Shown: positions 17,161-23,274 of the stretch, piece by piece
Numbering within the stretch: the stretch's first letter is position 1
Layout: each line of letters begins with the position of its first letter
Assembly (NCBI GenBank): GCA_023129115.1
Contig: JAGMCR010000018.1
Span: forward strand, 1-23,274
Direction: 5' to 3'
Source: Candidatus Iainarchaeum sp.
GTDB taxonomy: Archaea; B1Sed10-29; WALL01
Length of the DNA stretch: 23,274 nt
Notes under the pieces: model-generated
The model's input: only the letters and a program-made list of their open reading frames with translations
What the model was told of the DNA's origin: nothing
Database searches by the model: none
Made by a program: the position numbers and the translations under genes

Positions 17161-17340
17161 CTACTTCATCATGCCGATGAGGACGTAGACCAAGCCAAAG
17201 ACAAATACCATCGTTGGCCAAAGGGACATCTGCGCGGGGAGAATCTGCATGCCAAAGTCCCTGAGGACGAACAGCAGGCCGACCACGAGCGGGATTATCC
17301 CAAAGAACCACATCTCATTCTTTTCCATAACCTTGTTCAT
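17161..17340 (-). CDS. Small two-helix membrane protein (59 aa), LiaI/LiaF-TM (DUF5668)-like
   Basis: MNKVMEKNEMWFFGIIPLVVGLLFVLRDFGMQILPAQMSLWPTMVFVFGLVYVLIGMMK; strong SD GGAGGTGA (17354-17347), TTTAAATA box near 17377-17384, T-run after the stop; too short for the ORF track. Confidence 0.8.
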   Translation of the reverse strand: MNKVMEKNEMWFFGIIPLVVGLLFVLRDFGMQILPAQMSLWPTMVFVFGLVYVLIGMMK

Positions 17341-17406
17341 AGTGGGTCACCTCCAATACAGAAAAGAATGCCACGGTATTTAAAGTTGCCGCTGTTTTTT
17401 CGCCAA

Positions 17407-18939
17407 TCAGCGAGGCTGCTCGTGCCGCCACAAGCGCTTGACCCTCGACTCGACAATAAGCCCGACGTCGCCGGAGACGCCGAGCGACCTGCCCTTCGAC
17501 TTGATGTACCTGCGCACCAGCTCCGGCACGGCGATGTTGGCGTCCGCAGGGTCACTGACTTTCCCGAGCGCCACTCGCTGGCCCGCCGCCGGGCTCTGCT
17601 CGATGACGCAGCCCGCATAGTCCGCGAACGCCCGGACAAACGAGATGCCGGTGCGCGTGCCCTTGGCGACTGCCTCCTTCTCCAGCTCGCTTGCGCCCAT
17701 GGCTGGCGACGAAACCAGGTTCCCGTCGTAGACAAAGAGCTCGTTGTCATAGTCCCTGCCGCACAGCGTGCCTTGCTCCGCCAGGAGCCAGACCTCAACG
17801 CGGTTGTCCCCAATGTCCTTCTCCAGGAGCTTGAACTCACACGGCGCCTGCTGCTGGGAATAGAGGGAGCACGTCTTGATGATTTTGGAGGCGACTTCCT
17901 TGCCCCAAGAGAAAGGCGTGGTGGAAATGCGCACCAGGCGCGCGAGTTCGGCGTCAGGCATCATCCACTCCCCGAAGAACTGGGGCTGGTGGAACTCGTT
18001 CTCTTCTTTTGCCATGCCGAGCAGCACTCCCAGCCTGGCGACAATCAACTCAAACACGAACACAGGCGTGGCCACGCCGTAGGCGGACAGCGCGATGGGC
18101 GAAAGCATGCCAATCCTGCCGACCGCGGCCCCGCGGCACGAGACCACGAGCTCGGTGCCTGGGATGAATAGCTTGGAAGTTGCCGCAACCTTCTCAAAAG
18201 ACGGCTCGATGCCAAGCGCGGAAAAAAGCGACGTGACGAGGGACCTGCCGTCCTCGACAGACACAGCGTCGCTCACCACCGCGCCAGACGCGACGTAGCC
18301 GGGGTTGCCACCGCGGCGGAAGCCAAGGCCAATCGAAAAGAGCTGGAGCGGCGGAGACTCTTTCTTCGCCAGCACGGCAAGCGTCTCGAACCATGACTCC
18401 ACCAAGCCGTTTCTCAGCAGGAGGCCCGTGGCCTTTGGCGGGGACTCGCTGAACAGCAAGGTGACAATCTCCGACGCCTGGTCCATGCGGACCCCTGTCT
18501 TTTCGACGACACACGAGAGCAGGGCGTCAGAGTCCAGCTCGCCCCTCGAAAAGTCTGCCGCGAGTAACTTGAGCTCCTCGAGCTTGGCCTCGTTGAACGA
18601 GGGGGCGATGGCGCGCATCTTTTCAAGCGGATTGGCTGCCGGGGGCGAGCTGCGGGGGAAAGCGGAGACTGCGTAGCTGTCCAGGAGCGCCAGGCGCGCC
18701 TCTGGCCCACGCTGCTGGCGCGCCTCTGCCTCGTCGACAAAGACCGGGAGCGCAACCTCGGTGTAGCCTGCACTGATTAGCTGGATTCTTAGCTTTTGGA
18801 TGAACTCGGCCTCGGCATGCGGCTTTCCGGCCTGCTTGCTGGAGTAGCCGCCTGAAGGAATAAGGTCAATAGTCTTCATCCAAGCGCCCTCGAAGTCCTT
18901 CGAGGCCAGGCCGCTGATGTCGCTAGGGGACCATGACAT
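17407..18939 (-). CDS. O-phosphoseryl-tRNA synthetase (SepRS) homolog with degenerate active-site motifs
   Basis: LASKDFEGAW, GKPH, GPEA, LFSI..FRR, VSVEDG, SPIALSAY, PQFFGEW, NELFVYDGN are colinear with SepRS as I recall it; ATG at 18939 lies 29 nt from a TTAAATA box. Confidence 0.85.
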   Translation of the reverse strand: MSWSPSDISGLASKDFEGAWMKTIDLIPSGGYSSKQAGKPHAEAEFIQKLRIQLISAGYTEVALPVFVDEAEARQQRGPEARLALLDSYAVSAFPRSSPPAANPLEKMRAIAPSFNEAKLEELKLLAADFSRGELDSDALLSCVVEKTGVRMDQASEIVTLLFSESPPKATGLLLRNGLVESWFETLAVLAKKESPPLQLFSIGLGFRRGGNPGYVASGAVVSDAVSVEDGRSLVTSLFSALGIEPSFEKVAATSKLFIPGTELVVSCRGAAVGRIGMLSPIALSAYGVATPVFVFELIVARLGVLLGMAKEENEFHQPQFFGEWMMPDAELARLVRISTTPFSWGKEVASKIIKTCSLYSQQQAPCEFKLLEKDIGDNRVEVWLLAEQGTLCGRDYDNELFVYDGNLVSSPAMGASELEKEAVAKGTRTGISFVRAFADYAGCVIEQSPAAGQRVALGKVSDPADANIAVPELVRRYIKSKGRSLGVSGDVGLIVESRVKRLWRHEQPR

Positions 18940-18959
18940 GCGGAAAATAACGGCGCCGC

Positions 18960-18993
18960 GGTATTTAACGGTTTTGGGCAAAGATTAATAAGC
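18960..18993. promoter_or_regulatory. Back-to-back TATA boxes for the SepRS-like and KaiC-like genes
   Basis: tatttaa 18962-18968 (minus-strand box) and ttaataa 18986-18992 (plus-strand box), each about 29 nt from an ATG. Confidence 0.6.
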
Positions 18994-19014
18994 CATTCCC
19001 GATTAATGAGAACC

Positions 19015-19689
19015 ATGCGCCGAGTCCATACGGCAATTCCGGGGCTGGACAGGCTCCTCGAGGGCGGCTTCCCGGAGGGGTCGTCAGTCGTGGTGAGCGG
19101 GTCGCACGGCACCGGCAAGACCCTGCTTGGGCTGCAGTTCCTCTACGGCGGAGTGAAGGAGTACGGCGAGCCCGGCGTCCTGATACAGGTCGGCGGGTTC
19201 AGCGACACGCTGATGAGGTACGAGAACATGATGGGGTGGAACCTCGCGAAGCTCCAGGAAAAGGGAAAGCTCGTTATTTACTCGTTCAAGCCCAAGGACT
19301 ACGACAAGTTCGAGCCCACCAAGATACAGGGCGAAGTCCTTGGGAAGCTTAGGAACATAATCGTGCCCATGGGCACGAGAAGGGTCGTGATTGACTCCAT
19401 AACGCCACTCGCGGAAAGGATTGGCAACAAGGCGGACTACCGCCGCAGCCTCTACGAGACTGTGGAGTTCTTCAAGGAGAACGGCATAACGTCCATAATA
19501 CTCTCGGAAGACGGAGACGTCGAGAAGCACGTGTGCGACGGCGCCATAATCCTGCGGCAACTCGAGGAGCACAACGGCGAGTACAGGAAGCAGCTCCTGC
19601 TGTCCAAGATGCTCGCCACGAATTTCCCAATCGCGTGGTACCCAATCACAATAAGCGAGCGCGGGTTCTCGGTGCGGCCGTTTTTGTGA
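19015..19689 (+). CDS. KaiC/RAD55-like single-domain RecA-superfamily ATPase (alternative start 19006)
   Basis: TAIPGLDRLLEGGFP, Walker A GSHGTGKT, Walker B RVVIDS, CDGAIIL. Confidence 0.92.
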   Translation: MRRVHTAIPGLDRLLEGGFPEGSSVVVSGSHGTGKTLLGLQFLYGGVKEYGEPGVLIQVGGFSDTLMRYENMMGWNLAKLQEKGKLVIYSFKPKDYDKFEPTKIQGEVLGKLRNIIVPMGTRRVVIDSITPLAERIGNKADYRRSLYETVEFFKENGITSIILSEDGDVEKHVCDGAIILRQLEEHNGEYRKQLLLSKMLATNFPIAWYPITISERGFSVRPFL

Positions 19690-19762
19690 AGGTTTAAATA
19701 TCCAATAAACACAGAAACTAGCCACGGCAGCCGACGTTGGTCCAAGCCAACGTCACTCGCAA

Positions 19763-19835
19763 AGCCCCGTAGTGTAGCGGCCAAGCATGATGGCCTTTGG
19801 AGCCATTGACCCCGGTTCGAATCCGGGCGGGGCTA
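19763..19835 (+). tRNA. trnQ: tRNA-Gln (anticodon TTG), intronless, CCA not encoded
   Basis: Acceptor AGCCCCG/CGGGGCT with the A1-U72 pair typical of archaeal tRNA-Gln; anticodon stem ATGGC/GCCAT with TTG at 19797-19799; GGTTCGAATCC T-arm; TTTAAATA promoter near 19693. Confidence 0.97.
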
Positions 19836-19843
19836 TCTATTTT

Positions 19844-20359
19844 TTACCAGGGCACCTTCTTGATTCCCGCCTTGTAGGCGACTACGTTCGTCCCGACGTG
19901 GAAAAATGCCGTCATGACGAGGATGCCTAGCAGCTCGGTTAGCGATGGGAATGCAATGGGCACCCACGCCTGGAGGAGCCAGTGCCCTAGGAACGCAAAG
20001 AGCACGAAGTCCCACTGGTCCAAAAATGGGGCGGCCTGGCCCTGCTTCAGGTCGAACCGGCGCTTGACAAAAGAGCCGACCGAGTCGCCGACCATCGCGA
20101 AGAACGAGAGGACGAGCGCGAGCGTCGCGCGCGGGATGACAGAGCCCTCGACGAAGCCGAGAATGGCGCCAACCAGGACGCCGACGAACACCGCGAAGAC
20201 GAAGCCCTTGATGGTCTTTCCCTTGCCGAGCAGGGGCTTGCCGTCGATGAACTTGATGTTCTGGTCGATTGGCGTGTTGCCCTTCGCGAGCATTGCCGAG
20301 GCGTTGGCCACATAGGCGGGGACAATGTACCAGAAAATGGCTGCAATGGTCTCGAGCAT
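19844..20359 (-). CDS. carS: CDP-archaeol synthase (DUF46)
   Basis: PAYVAN, PID...DGKPLLGKGKT..G, GDSVGSFVKRR, LDQWDF, NVVAYKAGIKKVPW. Confidence 0.95.
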   Translation of the reverse strand: MLETIAAIFWYIVPAYVANASAMLAKGNTPIDQNIKFIDGKPLLGKGKTIKGFVFAVFVGVLVGAILGFVEGSVIPRATLALVLSFFAMVGDSVGSFVKRRFDLKQGQAAPFLDQWDFVLFAFLGHWLLQAWVPIAFPSLTELLGILVMTAFFHVGTNVVAYKAGIKKVPW

Positions 20360-20429
20360 CAAAAATAGTTTCTCCCCGGAAGTTTTTAATAATATTGGTT
20401 TATATCCCAGCTTGCGCACAACTGGGGGC

Positions 20430-20582
20430 ATGTCACACTTCAGGGAAACGTGCCCAGACTGCTACATGAACAAGGGGTATTCAATTGCGCTCACGGAAGA
20501 GGGCGGCGCCTGGAAGTGTGGGCAGTGCGGCAGCAGGTTTGTGGTGGGGGAGGACGGATACTTCAAGCAGGTCAGGGACTAG
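20430..20582 (+). CDS. Zinc-ribbon microprotein (50 aa)
   Basis: CPDC...WKCGQCGSRF; ATG at 20430 lies 31 nt after a TTTATAT box. Confidence 0.7.
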   Translation: MSHFRETCPDCYMNKGYSIALTEEGGAWKCGQCGSRFVVGEDGYFKQVRD

Positions 20583-21271
20583 ACCTTGTGGTCATCTTCC
20601 TCGTGCGCCAGGCCAATCTTTTCCTTGTACGTCGAGCGCGTCTTCTTGAACCCGTAGGACTCCTTTCCGTAGTCCATGTGGAAGGCCACGAGGGCAAAAG
20701 TCTTCCTTGGGCCGTCCACCAGCAGGCCGGTCACGGACCGCGGGTTCTTCTTCAGGAAGTGGGTCATCAGGATTTCCGCTATTTCCTTCTCGGCCTTCTT
20801 TGTCTTTATTTCCTCGGGCGCGCTTCCGCGGAAGTAGTCCACCACCATCAGGATTTCGCTGATGGGCAGGTTGCGCTTCAGGAAAATCACGTTGGTCACG
20901 TTTGCGAGCCTGCGCCTCACGAGGGGGGTGAACTCGGAAAAAAGCTTTTCCGACTTGTCGGGCTTCATTTCCTTGACCCGCGACACCACTACGTGGGACA
21001 CAACGTGGTCGAGCACGTCCTTGAACTTGCCCTCGAAGTCAAGCGTGACAATCCGGTTCAGGTAAGTCTTCAGTAGCTTTGGGTGGATTTTTGACAGCTT
21101 GAGGATGGGAATGTCCACCGTCCCTCTGTGGTAGACCTTCCTGCCCTCGGCCAGCATGAGCATGCTCTGCGACTTTTGGAACACTCCCTTGAAGTGCGTC
21201 TTCACGTCCCTCCCAGTGAGCTCGAAGACAACGTCCTTCTGCACGCCGCGCTTCTTCTTTGGACTCAGCAT
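20579..21271 (-). CDS. Hypothetical basic protein (230 aa)
   Basis: Uninterrupted ORF with host-like codon usage; TTAAATA box 30 nt upstream; no family recognised. Confidence 0.8.
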   Translation of the reverse strand: MLSPKKKRGVQKDVVFELTGRDVKTHFKGVFQKSQSMLMLAEGRKVYHRGTVDIPILKLSKIHPKLLKTYLNRIVTLDFEGKFKDVLDHVVSHVVVSRVKEMKPDKSEKLFSEFTPLVRRRLANVTNVIFLKRNLPISEILMVVDYFRGSAPEEIKTKKAEKEIAEILMTHFLKKNPRSVTGLLVDGPRKTFALVAFHMDYGKESYGFKKTRSTYKEKIGLAHEEDDHKV

Positions 21272-21343
21272 AGTATACAGTTTCCCGCCAAGGGTATTTA
21301 AGCATAGCGCTGGTTTTTATTCGGCGGGAACAAGAACTAATGC

Positions 21344-22126
21344 GTGATAGGCATAGTGGCGTCCGAAAAAGACATTGCCGGCATGAGCATGCTGGAGTCG
21401 CTAAAGGCAAGGGGGTTCGAGGACACGTTCGAGGAATGGGCCGGAACGCCAGTGCTCGGGAAAGGAGATTTGCGGGCGGCGACAATCCCACAGGACATTA
21501 TTCACGCCGAGTCAATGGACGGGCTGGCGGAGCTGTTTGATTTGGAATTCCTCGTTTTTGCGTCGAGGCACCGCAGCCAGGCAGGCACGCCGTCCCTTAC
21601 AGTGCACTCGACCGGGAACTTTGGCAAGGCCGAGTTCGGCGGGAGGGAAAAGGAGCTGCAGGCCACGCTCGCCAACGCAAAGCACAATGTCTATCTGGAA
21701 CTGCGGGAGTGCACGCTTGACTACGAAGTGGCGCTGGAGGTCACGCACCACGGCCCCACCGGGTTCAGGACGCCATTGTTTTTCGTGGAAATCGGGTCAA
21801 GCGAAAAGCAGTGGCGGGACAAGGAAGCCGCGGAGTTTGTGGTCGATTGTATCCTGGCCGGGCTCGAGAGCAACAAAAAGCACCAGCACGCGATTGGGTT
21901 CGGCGGCGGGCACTACGCACCGAGGTTCTCGGAAATGGAGGAAGTGGCTTTCGGGCACATTTGCCCGAAGTACGCGGCTGATTTATTGGACGACGGGCTT
22001 GTGAAGCAGATGGTGGAGAAGACCGTGGACCGTGTGGACTGCGCAGTGATTGACGAGAAGGGCCTGAAGGGGCGGCAGAAGCTGGTGATTAAAAAGGCGC
22101 TCGACGGGCTCGGGGTGGAGTATTAA
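21344..22126 (+). CDS. dtdA: Archaeal D-aminoacyl-tRNA deacylase (DTD2)
   Basis: FASRHRS, SLTVHSTGN, EVTHHGPT, FVEIGS...W, GFGGGHYAP, FGHICPKY. Confidence 0.96.
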   Translation: MIGIVASEKDIAGMSMLESLKARGFEDTFEEWAGTPVLGKGDLRAATIPQDIIHAESMDGLAELFDLEFLVFASRHRSQAGTPSLTVHSTGNFGKAEFGGREKELQATLANAKHNVYLELRECTLDYEVALEVTHHGPTGFRTPLFFVEIGSSEKQWRDKEAAEFVVDCILAGLESNKKHQHAIGFGGGHYAPRFSEMEEVAFGHICPKYAADLLDDGLVKQMVEKTVDRVDCAVIDEKGLKGRQKLVIKKALDGLGVEY

Positions 22127-22153
22127 AAACCGCGCCGCACAAAAAGTAGTTGT

Positions 22154-23248
22154 ATGCCAAAAGTGAGGATAGGGGGCCTTGGACTTGCCAAGCTGGTGGA
22201 GAAGCTGAAAGAGCTCCAGAAAGAGCAGGAAGAGCTGGGCTTGCATATAGAAGAGGAAAAGGAAAACGCGGAAGAGTACATGGACATCGCGTACAACGAT
22301 GCGGTCAAGAACCCCACAGAAGGAAAAAGGAAGCTGGCTGGGACTGGGGCCAAGTTTTGGATTGACGGGAAAAAGCCCGTCCCAAGGAGCAAGTTCAGGA
22401 AAGCGTTTATAGCGCAGCTCGTCACTAGGGCGAAACCCGGGAAGGATATATCGAAGTATGCCAAAGCAAGCAGCGCGTTTACCAAAAAAAAGACCGGGCA
22501 GCAATTCACAGATGAACAAGAAAAAGAAAACCTGGGCGAATTCAATAGGATTGTCAATTATTTCCGGGCAGTCGAGCGCAGGCGTCAGGTCAAGAAAGAG
22601 CTCAAGAGAGTGAAGTCCGAGATAAGGAGAAAAGGAAAAACTGGCACGGGAAAGCCGAAACAGAAAAAGCCGCGGGAAAAGAAGGCGGAGGAATTCGACC
22701 CCGGTGCGGAACTTTTGGCGCTTGATGGCCTGCTCAAGGCCGCGGAGGGAAAGCGGGAAGAAGTGGAAGGCCTGGCCGCCAAGCTCGAGGCCAAGGCAAA
22801 AGAAAGCCGGGAAAAGCACGAGCAGGTCAAGAAAGAATTGTTGGCCGACATCAGAAAGTGGGGGATGAGGCAAGAGCTTATTGAACAGCTCGAGGAAGAG
22901 TTCAACGAGCTCACCATGGACCCGCTCTACCCGAAGATACGGGGAGTCAGGCTGGACCTCAAGAAAGGCATAATCCCGAGCGAAGAAGACCTCATGCGGG
23001 TCGTGGGCCACGCCCCGAGCGTCAAGCGCAGGAAGCCCGGGAGCTTTGGCGAAGACGGGTTCCCGTTCCTGAGCGAGCACGGCGACAACTTCCTGAGCCT
23101 CGTCACCAGGAGGCTCAAGGCCAACAAGCACAAAGAGGACGCCGAGCGCCTGCTCAAGAAGAGCAGGGAACTGCGGGAAAAGCACCAGGAAAGAGTGGAC
23201 ATGCTCAAGAAGAGGCGCAAAGGGCTGAGGGAAACGCTCAAGGCGTGA
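22154..23248 (+). CDS. Hypothetical K/E-rich coiled-coil protein (364 aa)
   Basis: Long charged helical ORF with a TTAAAAA box about 31 nt upstream; no family recognised. Confidence 0.8.
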   Translation: MPKVRIGGLGLAKLVEKLKELQKEQEELGLHIEEEKENAEEYMDIAYNDAVKNPTEGKRKLAGTGAKFWIDGKKPVPRSKFRKAFIAQLVTRAKPGKDISKYAKASSAFTKKKTGQQFTDEQEKENLGEFNRIVNYFRAVERRRQVKKELKRVKSEIRRKGKTGTGKPKQKKPREKKAEEFDPGAELLALDGLLKAAEGKREEVEGLAAKLEAKAKESREKHEQVKKELLADIRKWGMRQELIEQLEEEFNELTMDPLYPKIRGVRLDLKKGIIPSEEDLMRVVGHAPSVKRRKPGSFGEDGFPFLSEHGDNFLSLVTRRLKANKHKEDAERLLKKSRELREKHQERVDMLKKRRKGLRETLKA

Positions 23249-23274
23249 GCTATAAAAGCCCACTGCTAGCTCGG

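Noticed and set aside
17407-18939. Calling the gene an active sepS or pheT
   Set aside because: Catalytic motifs are degenerate for sepS, and the domain layout is SepRS rather than PheRS beta.
19763-19835. tRNA intron or integration-site duplication at tRNA-Gln
   Set aside because: The cloverleaf is complete at 73 nt and I saw no second copy of its ends in the window.
21245-21271. PKKKR as a eukaryotic nuclear localisation signal
   Set aside because: A short Lys-rich match is expected by chance in this Lys-rich archaeal proteome.

Overview
Archaeal genomic window, GC-rich, with many leaderless genes (TATA about 30 nt before the start codon) and several orphans; a DPANN-like lineage is plausible but only inferred. 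The core is the conserved translation superoperon infB(aIF5B)-rps6e-eif2g-PIN-rpoE1-spt4-DUF359-rps24e-rps27ae-kae1...bud32...rdgB-rps15-(Pcc1 slot)-rps3ae. It is followed by DUF92, a SepRS homolog, a KaiC/RAD55-like ATPase, tRNA-Gln(TTG), carS and dtdA. The left 4.3 kb is an accessory segment between direct repeats, carrying a toxin-antitoxin-like pair and a 1154-aa helical-repeat orphan. Top observation: infB is interrupted inside its P-loop codons (LGH|VDHGKT) by a 33-nt, stop-containing insertion. The insertion folds into a bulge-helix-bulge-type splicing motif whose canonical cut sites restore the protein exactly, so it is a candidate tRNA-endonuclease-spliced mRNA intron in an essential initiation factor. 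Second: a full-length SepRS homolog with degenerate catalytic motifs (PheRS-beta-like), divergently paired with a probably inactive KaiC-like ATPase. All calls are from reading the sequence by eye; no searches were run.
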